64,000 nucleotides of DNA, taken from assembly GCA_016869515.1 (NCBI GenBank), contig VGDZ01000006.1:12592-76591 (forward strand), read 5' to 3'. Both the position numbers and the translations under genes were made by a program. The notes beneath the pieces are model-generated. The model saw only the letters and a list, made by a program, of their open reading frames with translations, searched no databases and was not told the origin of the DNA. Of the stretch, positions 33,581 to 44,009 are shown piece after piece; position 1 is the stretch's first letter; each line of letters opens with the position of its first letter. Source of the DNA: Alphaproteobacteria bacterium. GTDB lineage: Bacteria > Pseudomonadota > Alphaproteobacteria > VGDZ01.

Positions 33581-35050
33581 ATGACCGAGACGCTGGCCAA
33601 CCTGGCGCTGGGCTTTTCGGTCGCGCTGTCGCCCCAGGTGCTGATCTATTGCGTGATCGGCTGTTTCATCGGCACGCTGGTCGGCATGCTGCCGGGGCTG
33701 GGGCCGCTGGCCGGGATTTCGCTCCTTCTTCCGGTCAGCTTCGGCCTCAGCCCGACGGTGGCGCTGGTGATGCTGGCCGGAATCTATTACGGCGCGATGT
33801 ATGGCGGCTCGACCACCTCGATCCTGATGCGGCTGCCGGGCGAGGCGGCCTCGGTGATGACCTGTATCGACGGCCATGCCATGGCGCGCCAGGGGCGGGC
33901 GGGGGCGGCGCTGGCCATCGCCGCCATCGGCTCGTTCGTCGCCGGGACCTTGTCGCTGGTCGGGCTGATGCTGCTGGCGCCGCCCTTGGCCAGCCTGGCG
34001 CTGAAGTTCGGTCCGCCCGAGCAATGCGCGCTGTTGGTGCTGGGGCTGGTGGTGCTGGCGGCGATGGGCGGCGGCTCGGTGCTGAAGTCGCTGGCGATGA
34101 CGGTGCTGGGGCTATGGCTCGGCACCATCGGCATCGACCAGATGAGCGGTTTTTTCCGTTTCCAGTTCGGCCTGGTCGAACTGGGCGACGGCATCGGCCT
34201 AGTGCCGGTGGCGGTCGGCCTGTTCGGCATCGCCGAGATCCTGGCCTCGGCCGGCAAGCCGCAACTCGAACGGCCGCGCACGCCGGCTTTTCGGGAATTA
34301 TGGCCGAGCCGCCGGGAGTTCGCGGACTCGGCCGGCGCCATCGGCCGCGGCACGGTGCTGGGGTTCCTGATCGGCATTATCCCGGGCTCGGCCCATATCG
34401 TCGCCAGCTTCGCCAGCTACGGCATCGAAAAGCGCGTCTCCAAGACGCCCGAGCGCTTCGGGCAGGGCGCGATCGCCGGCGTGGCCGGGCCGGAAAGCGC
34501 CAACAACGCCGCCGCCTGCGGCGCGCTGGTGCCGATGCTGGCGCTGGGCGTGCCCTCGGGCGCGATCCCGGCGGTGATGATCGCGGCCCTGGTGGTGCAT
34601 GGCGTCGCCCCCGGGCCGACGCTGATCCAGGACCAGCCGGCGCTGTTCTGGGGTTTCGTCGCGGCGATGTATGTCGGCAATCTGGTGCTGTTGGCGATGA
34701 ACCTGCCGCTGGTGGGCGTGTTCGTGCAGTTGCTGCGGATTCCCTACGCCTATCTCTATCCGGCGATCCTGGCGTTCTGCGTGCTGGGGGTCTATGCCGC
34801 CAGCCAAAGCGCGGTCGATCTGTGGATCATGGCGGGGGCGGGCGCGGTCGGCTACGGCCTGCGCAAGGCCGGGTTCGAGACCGCGCCGGTGGTGTTGGGG
34901 CTGGTGCTGTCGCCGATGCTGGAAAACGCCTGGCGCCAGTCGCTGGCGATGTCCGACGGCAGCTACGCCGTCTTCGTCCAGCGCCCGATCGCGGCCGGCT
35001 TCATGCTCGCCGCCGCGGTCATGCTGGCCTGGGGGATGCGCCGGCGATAG
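33581..35050 (+). CDS. tctA: tripartite tricarboxylate transporter TctA large permease
   Basis: 489-aa protein with TctA-family similarity. Confidence 0.9.
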   Translation: MTETLANLALGFSVALSPQVLIYCVIGCFIGTLVGMLPGLGPLAGISLLLPVSFGLSPTVALVMLAGIYYGAMYGGSTTSILMRLPGEAASVMTCIDGHAMARQGRAGAALAIAAIGSFVAGTLSLVGLMLLAPPLASLALKFGPPEQCALLVLGLVVLAAMGGGSVLKSLAMTVLGLWLGTIGIDQMSGFFRFQFGLVELGDGIGLVPVAVGLFGIAEILASAGKPQLERPRTPAFRELWPSRREFADSAGAIGRGTVLGFLIGIIPGSAHIVASFASYGIEKRVSKTPERFGQGAIAGVAGPESANNAAACGALVPMLALGVPSGAIPAVMIAALVVHGVAPGPTLIQDQPALFWGFVAAMYVGNLVLLAMNLPLVGVFVQLLRIPYAYLYPAILAFCVLGVYAASQSAVDLWIMAGAGAVGYGLRKAGFETAPVVLGLVLSPMLENAWRQSLAMSDGSYAVFVQRPIAAGFMLAAAVMLAWGMRRR

Positions 35051-35180
35051 ACGAGAGAGACCGGCTCACCCAGTCGCCTCCAACCCCAACGCCGCGATGG
35101 CGTTTTGTTTCAGGATCAGGTCGCGGACTTCGGGTCTGAAGCCGGCCTTGAAGTATTTGCTGGCGGCGGCCTGGACCGGT

Positions 35181-35915
35181 TCAGCCGCGTTTGGGCGGCC
35201 TGGGAATCAGCATCGATACCCGGGCGCGATAGTCGAGATAGGTTTGACCGAACAGGGCGACCAAATCGCGCTCTTCCAGCCAGGCGCCGATCAGGATGTA
35301 GCCGGTGGCGGCGGCGGCGAACAGCGCATGGCCGAACGTCATGGTCGGCGTCGCCCAGAACGCGAGCAGGAAGCCGACATAGATCGGGTGTCGTACCACC
35401 TTGTAGAACAGCGGCGCGCGGAAGGCGGGTTCGGGCCGGGCCGCGCCCCGCCATGCCGCCCACACCTGCGCCAGGCCGAAGAGGTCGAAATGGCTGATCA
35501 GGAAAGTGCTGAGAAAGGCGATGCCCCAGCCGATCCAGAACACCGCCAACAGCACGGTGGACCAGGGATCGCCGACGCTCCACACCGAGCCGGCGATCGG
35601 CCGCCACTGCCAGAACAGCAGCGCCAGCGACGCGGCCGCGGCCAGCACATAGGTGCTGCGTTCGATCGACTGCGGCACGATGCGTGTCCAAACCGCCTTG
35701 AATTCGCGGCGCGCCATCACGCTGTGCTGGACGGCGAATACGCCCAGCAGCACGAGGTTGATCAGCACAGCCTCCAGCGCCGAGGAAGCGGCCGGACCGC
35801 CGGCATCGACCGATCGCGGCGCGAAGCCGCCGACAAAGCAGATGGAATAGAGAATGACCGCCATGGCGCAGGCGTAGCTCGCCGCGCCGAAGGCCAGAAT
35901 CGCAAATCGAGCCAT
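35181..35915 (-). CDS. membrane methyltransferase of the isoprenylcysteine carboxyl methyltransferase (ICMT)/NnrU superfamily, possibly MddA-like methanethiol S-methyltransferase
   Basis: 244 aa from the internal Met (strong GGGGGAG RBS). Polytopic, with C-terminal RHPIYVGFLLAFWATP...E..L...FG..Y.DY motif typical of ICMT-family SAM-binding sites. Confidence 0.65.
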   Translation of the reverse strand: MARFAILAFGAASYACAMAVILYSICFVGGFAPRSVDAGGPAASSALEAVLINLVLLGVFAVQHSVMARREFKAVWTRIVPQSIERSTYVLAAAASLALLFWQWRPIAGSVWSVGDPWSTVLLAVFWIGWGIAFLSTFLISHFDLFGLAQVWAAWRGAARPEPAFRAPLFYKVVRHPIYVGFLLAFWATPTMTFGHALFAAAATGYILIGAWLEERDLVALFGQTYLDYRARVSMLIPRPPKRG

Positions 35916-36159
35916 GACGTTTTTCTCCCCCTGGATTGAAACACCAGTCGGCCCGATCGGACCGGAGTCGACACGAAGCTGGTGAAGATGATCGAAAGCA
36001 AAGATCGGATCGAAACTTTGAACAAAGTCGGAGACGCAACCTCGCTCCCGAAAAGCTCCGCGGTTCGAGGCTGCCGCCAAATGCAAATCGGAATTAGAAT
36101 CTATCGCTTCTCGGCGACGGCGGCAATCGGCCTCGGCGCGGGATGCGGTGTCGCCGAGG

Positions 36160-36291
36160 ACATGATCGATCTGTCTTGAACCGCATGATTCGAGACAGAT
36201 CGCGGATCATGCCCTCGCATCCCGCTCTGGACCGCGATTCGCCGTTGGCATGGAATGGCGCCCGCGATTCCATGCCGACCGATCGCGGTCC
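36160..36291. repeat. MITE/REP-like repeat, copy C (diverged module 2)
   Basis: CATGATCGATCTGTCTTGAAC...GAGACAGATCGCGGATCATGCCC, followed by GGACCGCGATTCGCCGTTGGCATGGAATGGCGCCCGCGATTCCATGCCGACCGATCGCGGTCC. Confidence 0.8.
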
Positions 36292-36324
36292 ACGCTGGAC
36301 TTGCATCGAGGAACGCGGGCGGGC

Positions 36325-37956
36325 TCAACCCGCCGCGAACTTGCCGAATTCCCAGTTGCGGCCCGGCGCCGCGGCGAACAGCGCCTTGGTGTAGTCGTGG
36401 CGCGGCGCGCCGAACACCTGCGGCGCGGTGCCGTATTCGACCACCTGGCCCTGGCTCATCACCGCGACGTAGTCGCAGACCTGCGCCGCCACCCGCAGGT
36501 CGTGGGTGATGAACAGCATGGCGAGGTCGAGCTTTTGGCGGATGTCGTCGAGCAGTTCCAGCACCTGGGCCTGGACCGAGACGTCCAGCGCCGACACCGC
36601 CTCGTCGGCGATCAGCAGCTCGGGCTCCATCGCCAGCGCGCGGGCGATGCAGATGCGCTGGCGCTGCCCGCCCGAGAACTGGTGCGGATAGCGATCGAGC
36701 GATCCCGGATCGAGCCGCACCGTCTCCATCAGCGAACGCGCCCGCGCCAAAGCCTCGGCCCGGCCGAGGCCGTAATTCATCGGTCCTTCGACGATGGATT
36801 CGCCGACCGTGCGGCGGGGATTGAGCGAGCGATAGGGGTCCTGGAACACGATCTGGATCTTGCGGCGGTGCGGGCGCAGCCGGCCGGCGCTCAGCCCGGC
36901 GATGTCGTCCCCGGCCAGCCAGATGCGGCCGGCGCTGGGCTCGATCAGCCGGGCGACGCAGCGCGCCACGGTCGACTTGCCCGAGCCCGACTCGCCGACG
37001 ATGCCGAGGGTCTCGCCGCGGCGCACCTCGATCGACACGCTTTCGGCCGCCTTGACGGTGCGCGATTTGCGGAACCAGGCGGCATCGGCATAGGTCTTGC
37101 CCAGCGCCTCGGTCTTGAGCACGGTCGGCCGCGCCGTCTCGGGCCGCGGCCGGTGGCGCGGCACGATCCCCGGCACCGAGGAGATCAGCATCTTGGTGTA
37201 GGGATGCCGCGGGCGCTTGAGCACGTCCTCGGTGGTGCCGAATTCGACCAGCTTGCCCCATTGCATCACCGCGACGCGATGCGCGATCTCGGCCACCACC
37301 CCGAAATCGTGGGTGATGAACAGAACGCCGGTGGCGTGGTCGCGCTGGAGGTCCTTGATCAGCTCCAGGATCTGCGCCTGGGTGGTGACGTCCAGCGCCG
37401 TGGTCGGCTCGTCGGCGATCAGCAGCGCGGGCTCCAGCACCAGCGCCATGGCGATCATGATGCGCTGGCGCTGGCCGCCGGAAAGCTGGTGGGGATAGGC
37501 GTCGATCAGCCGCTCGGGCTCGGGCAGGCGGACCTGGTTCATGATGTCGAGGATGCGCGCCCGCCGCGCCGCCGGATCGAGGCTGGTGTGGACCGCCAGC
37601 ACCTCGTCGATCTGCGCGCCGCAGGTCATCACCGGGTTGAGCGCGGTCATCGGCTCCTGGAAGATCATGCCCATGCGGCTGCCGCGCAGATCGCGCAGCC
37701 GCTCGGGCGGCGCGCTCAACAAGTCCTCGCCCGCCAGCGCGATGCGGCCCGCCACCGGCCGCAGCGCCTTGGGCAACAGGCCCATGACGGTGAAGGCCGC
37801 GACCGACTTGCCCGAGCCGGATTCGCCGACCAGGCAGACGATCTCGCGCGGCCGCACCTGGAACGACATCGCCTCGATGGCGAATTTGCGGTCGGCCCCG
37901 GAAGGCAATTCGACCGACAGGCCCGCAACCTCCAACACCGGCACGCTGTCGTTCAT
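36325..37956 (-). CDS. peptide/nickel-type ABC transporter ATP-binding protein, fused double ATPase (DppD-DppF fusion, GsiA-like)
   Basis: 543-aa protein with two Walker A motifs (GESGSGKS twice), two LSGGQRQR signatures, and C-terminal oligopeptide-ATPase extensions. Confidence 0.9.
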   Translation of the reverse strand: MNDSVPVLEVAGLSVELPSGADRKFAIEAMSFQVRPREIVCLVGESGSGKSVAAFTVMGLLPKALRPVAGRIALAGEDLLSAPPERLRDLRGSRMGMIFQEPMTALNPVMTCGAQIDEVLAVHTSLDPAARRARILDIMNQVRLPEPERLIDAYPHQLSGGQRQRIMIAMALVLEPALLIADEPTTALDVTTQAQILELIKDLQRDHATGVLFITHDFGVVAEIAHRVAVMQWGKLVEFGTTEDVLKRPRHPYTKMLISSVPGIVPRHRPRPETARPTVLKTEALGKTYADAAWFRKSRTVKAAESVSIEVRRGETLGIVGESGSGKSTVARCVARLIEPSAGRIWLAGDDIAGLSAGRLRPHRRKIQIVFQDPYRSLNPRRTVGESIVEGPMNYGLGRAEALARARSLMETVRLDPGSLDRYPHQFSGGQRQRICIARALAMEPELLIADEAVSALDVSVQAQVLELLDDIRQKLDLAMLFITHDLRVAAQVCDYVAVMSQGQVVEYGTAPQVFGAPRHDYTKALFAAAPGRNWEFGKFAAG

Positions 37957-37957
37957 C

Positions 37958-38812
37958 TCACACCCGCTTCGACATGCGCGGATCGAGCGTGTCGCGCATG
38001 CCGTCGCCCATGATGTTGATCGCCAGCACGGTCAGGCTGAGGAAGATGCCGGGATAGAGGATGTTGTGCGGGTAGACCCGGAACACGGTGCGGCCCTCGG
38101 CCATGATGTTGCCCCAGGTCGGGATCTCGGTCGGGATGCCGATGCCGAGGAAGCTGAGGATGGCTTCGACCAGAATGGCCGAAGCGCAGATGAAGGTGCC
38201 CTGGACGATCAGCGGCGCCACGGTATTGGGCATGATGTGGCGGACCAGGATCAGGGGCAAAGGCGTGCCGACCGAAATCGCCGCCTCGACATAGGGTTCC
38301 TCGCGGATGGTCAGCACCACCGAGCGCACCAGCCGCACCACGCGCGGCACCTCGGGCACGACGATGGCGATGATCACCGTGCCCAGGCCCGCGCCCCACA
38401 GCGACACCAGCGCGATCGCCAGCAGGATGCCCGGGATCGCCATCAGCCCGTCCATCACCCGCATCACCACCGCGTCGACCCAGCGGATGTAGCCGGCGAT
38501 CAGGCCGATCAGAAGCCCGATCGAGACCGAGATCGCGGCGACGCTGAGGCCGACGATCAGCGACACCCGCGTGCCGTACAGCACGCGGCTGTAGACATCG
38601 CGGCCCAGGCTATCGGTGCCCAACCAGGCGGTGCGCACCAGGCGCGAGCCGTCATCCTGGCGCAGCGAGACCTCGGTGCCCGGCACCTTGTTGCGCATGG
38701 TCGGGTCGATCCGCGCCGGGTCCATCGTCCCCAGCAGCGGCGCCGTCAGCGCGATCAGCAGCATGACGATAAGGATGACGCCGCCGATGATCACCGAGCG
38801 GTGCCGCAACAT
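37958..38812 (-). CDS. dppC: peptide ABC transporter permease (DppC/OppC family)
   Basis: 284 aa from the internal Met. The start may lie up to ~70 nt further upstream at an alternative codon. The upstream portion of the track ORF is non-coding. Confidence 0.85.
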   Translation of the reverse strand: MLRHRSVIIGGVILIVMLLIALTAPLLGTMDPARIDPTMRNKVPGTEVSLRQDDGSRLVRTAWLGTDSLGRDVYSRVLYGTRVSLIVGLSVAAISVSIGLLIGLIAGYIRWVDAVVMRVMDGLMAIPGILLAIALVSLWGAGLGTVIIAIVVPEVPRVVRLVRSVVLTIREEPYVEAAISVGTPLPLILVRHIMPNTVAPLIVQGTFICASAILVEAILSFLGIGIPTEIPTWGNIMAEGRTVFRVYPHNILYPGIFLSLTVLAINIMGDGMRDTLDPRMSKRV

Positions 38813-38889
38813 GCGGCCGATCGCCGAGGGCCGCTTGACCTGGGCGGCGGCGCTGGCGGCAAAATCGACTTCGATGCGGGCCTCGGCGC

Positions 38890-39831
<942 letters not shown>

Positions 39832-39871
39832 CGCGTTTCGCCGCCCGCCGTCTAGAGACTCCTGACTGGAC

Positions 39872-41461
39872 TCACTTCTTGACGATGTTCCAGAACACCG
39901 GCACCGGGGCGGTCAGCATGCCCTCGATGTTGGTGCGCATGGCGATCGGCTGGTACCACTGGCCGAGATTGGCGTGGGTGCCGATTTCCATGGCGCGGGC
40001 CTGGACCTGGGCGACCAGCGCCTTCTGCTTGGCGGCGTCGGTCTCGCGGCTGTAGTCGTCGCGCAGCTTCTCCATGCGCTCGTCGCACGGCCAGCCGAAC
40101 ATCGCCTTGTCGCAGCCCGAGTTGAAGAACCCGGCCATGACCGGATTCAAGATGTCGGCCGCCACCCACGAGGTCAGGAAGGCGTTCCAGCCGCCTTGGG
40201 CGGGCAGTTCCTTCTTGGTGCGGCGCGCGACCAGGGTCTGCCAGTCCATCGACACCATGTTGACGTTGAAGCCGCCGCGCTCGAGCAGGCTCTTGGCGAC
40301 CGGCGCCAAATTGGTCAGCACGTGCAAGTCGGTCGAATGCATCAGCAAGACCGGCGTGCCGTCGTAGCCGGCTTCCTTGAGCATGCGCTTGGAGTCCTCG
40401 AAGCGCGAGTCGTAGATGCCGTCCATGCCCGCCATGGTCTCGTTGGGCGTGTCGCAGACGAACATCGCCTTGCAAACCCGATAGTACTTCGGATCGCCGA
40501 TGACGGCGTCGAGGAAGTCCTTCTGGTTGAAGGCCACCAGCGCCGCGCGGCGGATCGCCGCCTTGTCGAAGGGCGGGTGGGTCCAGTTGAAGCGGAAGGT
40601 GTACTGGTTGCCGAGCGGGTTGGTGTTGACCAGCTTGACGTTCTTGTCCTTCTCGATGACCTTGAGCAGGTCGTGCGGCGGGGTTTCCATCATGTCGATC
40701 TCGCCCGCCAAAAGGGCGTTGATGGCCGATTGGTGATCGGCGATCCACAGCCACTCGACGCGGTCGAGATGCGCCACCTTGCCGCCGGCCATGCCCGAGG
40801 CCGGCTCGGAGCGCGGCTTGTACTTCGGGTTCTTGACCCAAACCTGCTTTTCGCCCGGCTTCCATTCGTCCTTCTTGAAGACGAACGGGCCCGAACCGGT
40901 GGTGTCGGAAAGCTGCTCCATCGGATTGCCGTCGGCGACGCGCTTGGGCATCATGAACGGCACGTTCGAGGACGGCTTGCCCAGCGACATGATCACCAGG
41001 CCGTAGGGCTCGTTGAGCACCAGCTGGAAGGTCTTGGCGTCGACCGCCTTCATCTCCTTGGTGAAGGTCATCAGCTTCTGGCCCATCGAATCGCGCGCGC
41101 CCCAGCGCTTGATCGAGGCGATGCAGTCCTCCGACGTCACCGGCGTGCCGTCGTGCCATTCGAGGCCGTCGCGCAGCGTGAAGGTGTAGGTCAAGTTGTC
41201 GGGGCTGACGCTGTAGCGCTCGACCATCTGCGGCTTGAGTTCGAGCTTCTCGTCCATCGCGAACAGCGTGTCGTAGACCAGATAGCCGTGATTGCGCACG
41301 ATGTAGGCGGTGGTCCAGATCGGATCCAGGATTTTGAGATCCGAATGCATCACCACCTTCAGCGTCTTCTGCTGCGCCGCGGCCGGTGCGGCCGCGAAGC
41401 CGGCGCCCAGCGCCAGCGCGGCGCCCGCCGCCGCCAAACCCAAACTCCGAACGAAGCTCAT
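39872..41461 (-). CDS. dppA: peptide ABC transporter substrate-binding protein (SBP family 5)
   Basis: 529-aa protein with signal peptide and SBP_bac_5 similarity. Confidence 0.9.
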   Translation of the reverse strand: MSFVRSLGLAAAGAALALGAGFAAAPAAAQQKTLKVVMHSDLKILDPIWTTAYIVRNHGYLVYDTLFAMDEKLELKPQMVERYSVSPDNLTYTFTLRDGLEWHDGTPVTSEDCIASIKRWGARDSMGQKLMTFTKEMKAVDAKTFQLVLNEPYGLVIMSLGKPSSNVPFMMPKRVADGNPMEQLSDTTGSGPFVFKKDEWKPGEKQVWVKNPKYKPRSEPASGMAGGKVAHLDRVEWLWIADHQSAINALLAGEIDMMETPPHDLLKVIEKDKNVKLVNTNPLGNQYTFRFNWTHPPFDKAAIRRAALVAFNQKDFLDAVIGDPKYYRVCKAMFVCDTPNETMAGMDGIYDSRFEDSKRMLKEAGYDGTPVLLMHSTDLHVLTNLAPVAKSLLERGGFNVNMVSMDWQTLVARRTKKELPAQGGWNAFLTSWVAADILNPVMAGFFNSGCDKAMFGWPCDERMEKLRDDYSRETDAAKQKALVAQVQARAMEIGTHANLGQWYQPIAMRTNIEGMLTAPVPVFWNIVKK

Positions 41462-41559
41462 GGTGGATTCCTCCCTTGCGGATTTTCCCCGGGACAGTCC
41501 GTCCCCTTGGCCTGAACGTTAGCGCAAAGCGGCCGTGCCGGGCTACCGGAATCGGGACC

Positions 41560-43182
41560 TCACGACCGCCGGCGGTAGACCACGTAGCGGTCGAACTGGT
41601 CGATCTGCTCGTAGGCCTTGAAGCCCTCGGCGAAGCGCGCATCGCGCGCGAAATAGTCGAGATAGTTGAACGGCCGCGCCAAGCAGCGCGGGATGCCGGG
41701 GAAGGTGTCGAGGATCACCAGCTTGGGCCGGAATTTGAGGAAGTCGGCGATCACCGCCTCGTAGGCGAAGGCCTCGCCCTTGGGCATCTGCGCGGGCTCG
41801 CGATAGAGCCGGCCCGAGGCCAGGCAGTCCTTGTAGGCGCCCTGGACCATCCACATGGTCTGGAAGCGCATCGCCATCGGCGATTCGGTGTAGTTCAGCA
41901 CCGGATAGAACGGCGAAATGCCGGGCGAGAGCGGCAGCACCGGCTGGCGGTGGGATTCCAGCCGGATCAGGCGTTCCAGCCGGGCATCGACTTGCGCCAC
42001 GTATTCGAAATAGCGGAAGCCGGGGGTGAAATAGGTCGCGGTGGCGCCGTAGACCAGGCCGAGCACGCTCAGCACCGCCAGCGCGTGCGCGCGCGGATCG
42101 ATCCGTGCCTCGCCGCCGCTGCCGGCCAGCCGCTCGATCGCGCGCCCCAGCACCACCGCGAACAGCAGCAGCGCCGCGATGTAGCCCGGCAGGATGTGGT
42201 ACATCCAGCCCTTGGCCTGGGCGGCGCCGATCAGCAATGCCGCCAGGCCGAAACCGGCGTAGATCGCGCCCAGCCGGTCGCGCAGCACGAACCACGCCAC
42301 CGTCCCCAGCGCCAGGATGCCGATCAGCGCCGGCACCACCTGCCGGCCGAACAGCACGCCCGCAATCGAGCCTTGGCCGAGCTTGAGGTAGTAGTCGGTC
42401 AACAGCGGCAAGGTGTGCCGGAAATAATCCGGCATCGCCACGAACACGAACAGCGCGTAGGCCAGGAACAGCCCCAGCATCGCCCAGGGCTCGACCTGGC
42501 GCAGCCAGGCCCGCGGACCGCGGCGCAGCAGCACCAGCCCTTCGCCCAGCACGGCATAGGCCAGGAAATGCGGCTTGAGGGCGATGAACAGCGCGGCGGT
42601 CAGCGCCGTCGCCAATGCTTCGCGGCGTTCGAGCCGGACCCCTTCGGCGCGCAAGGCCAGCGCCGACAGCCAGGGCAAGAGCGCGATCGCCAGCAGATGC
42701 TCGCGCTGGCCGTATTCCCAGCGCGGCACCACGATCAGGGCATAGGCCGCCAGCGCCGGCAGCAGCAGCGCCAGCACCGAACCCGGCGCCAGCAGCCGGC
42801 GCCAGATCTTCTCCGACTGCCACAGCGACCACGCCGTCAGCGCCAGCACCAGCGGCACATAGACCGCGGCCGAGGTCAGGCCCGTGATCTTGCCCAGCGC
42901 GACCGGGACCAGGCCCAAAAGGAAAATCAGCGGCGGGTTGACGTCGATCAGATCGACATAAAGCCGTTCGCCCGCCCACCAGCGCTCGGAATAGGCCAAG
43001 AGCGACGCCACGTCGTAATTCAGCGGCGGCAGCAGGTACCCGACCGCCCACAGCGCCGGCAGGCCGTAGGCGGCGATCCGCGTCCACTGCGCCAAGTCGA
43101 GCCCGCGCCACGCCAGCCCCGGCCGGGCCTCGGCGGCGGCGGCTTCGAGTTGTGGACTACGCGGCTTTTCGGAGTTGGGCAT
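41560..43182 (-). CDS. large polytopic membrane protein, GT-C-fold glycosyltransferase-like (ArnT/PMT-like), hypothetical
   Basis: 540-aa protein. About 10 TM helices in the N-terminal 370 aa, with an acidic motif (DLIDVNPP) in the first periplasmic loop. C-terminal ~170-aa soluble domain. No precise family recognised. Confidence 0.5.
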   Translation of the reverse strand: MPNSEKPRSPQLEAAAAEARPGLAWRGLDLAQWTRIAAYGLPALWAVGYLLPPLNYDVASLLAYSERWWAGERLYVDLIDVNPPLIFLLGLVPVALGKITGLTSAAVYVPLVLALTAWSLWQSEKIWRRLLAPGSVLALLLPALAAYALIVVPRWEYGQREHLLAIALLPWLSALALRAEGVRLERREALATALTAALFIALKPHFLAYAVLGEGLVLLRRGPRAWLRQVEPWAMLGLFLAYALFVFVAMPDYFRHTLPLLTDYYLKLGQGSIAGVLFGRQVVPALIGILALGTVAWFVLRDRLGAIYAGFGLAALLIGAAQAKGWMYHILPGYIAALLLFAVVLGRAIERLAGSGGEARIDPRAHALAVLSVLGLVYGATATYFTPGFRYFEYVAQVDARLERLIRLESHRQPVLPLSPGISPFYPVLNYTESPMAMRFQTMWMVQGAYKDCLASGRLYREPAQMPKGEAFAYEAVIADFLKFRPKLVILDTFPGIPRCLARPFNYLDYFARDARFAEGFKAYEQIDQFDRYVVYRRRS

Positions 43183-43256
43183 GACGCCGGACCAAAGCCG
43201 ATTTTCGTGGAGGAATCAATAGACTAAACCGCATCGTCGTCCTAATAAGGTCGGCC

Positions 43257-44009
43257 ATGGAACGGGGCGAATACCAGGCCATGAGCCGGGCCGAGGACGG
43301 CATGTGGTGGTATCGCGGCTTGCACGAAAACGTGCTGGCGGCGCTGGCCGGGCTCGACCTGCCCAAGGGTGCCAAGCTGTTGGACGCAGGCTGTGGCACC
43401 GGCCGGCTGTTGGCCAAGATCGGCGCGCGCTTTCCCGATTTGGAGCGGGCCGGGATCGACATCGATGCCGAGGCCTGCACCCTGGCGCAGGCCAAGACCG
43501 GGCTGGAAATCGCCCGCGCCTCGGTCCAGGCGCTGCCCTTCGCCGATGCCAGCATCGCCGTCATGCTGTCGATCGACGTGCTCTATCACCGCGCGGTCGA
43601 TCCCTATCTGGCCCTGGTCGAGGCCAAGCGCTGCCTGGCGCCGGGCGGGGCGCTGATCGTCAACCTGCCGGCCTACGAATGGATGCGCTCGGCGCATGAC
43701 GTCGCCATCCAGACCGGCCGGCGCTTCACCAAAGGCGGGGTGGTGACGCTGCTGCGCCACGCCGGCTTTGCTCGCATCGAGGCCCATTACTGGAACAGCC
43801 TGCTGTTTCCGCTGATGGCGGCGCATCGCTGGCTGCGGCGGGGCAGTCAGGCTCGCAGCGATGTGATGGACTTTCCGCCGCTGCTGGACCGTCTGTTCGG
43901 CATGGCGCTGGGGATCGAGCGCGGCATGGGGCGGATGGGCTTGCGCCTGCCCTTCGGCGGCTCGATCCTGGCGGTGGCGCGGAAGGCGAGCTTGGGACCG
44001 GAACGATGA
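43257..44009 (+). CDS. class I SAM-dependent methyltransferase
   Basis: 250-aa protein with LDAGCGTGRL motif I. Confidence 0.8.
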   Translation: MERGEYQAMSRAEDGMWWYRGLHENVLAALAGLDLPKGAKLLDAGCGTGRLLAKIGARFPDLERAGIDIDAEACTLAQAKTGLEIARASVQALPFADASIAVMLSIDVLYHRAVDPYLALVEAKRCLAPGGALIVNLPAYEWMRSAHDVAIQTGRRFTKGGVVTLLRHAGFARIEAHYWNSLLFPLMAAHRWLRRGSQARSDVMDFPPLLDRLFGMALGIERGMGRMGLRLPFGGSILAVARKASLGPER

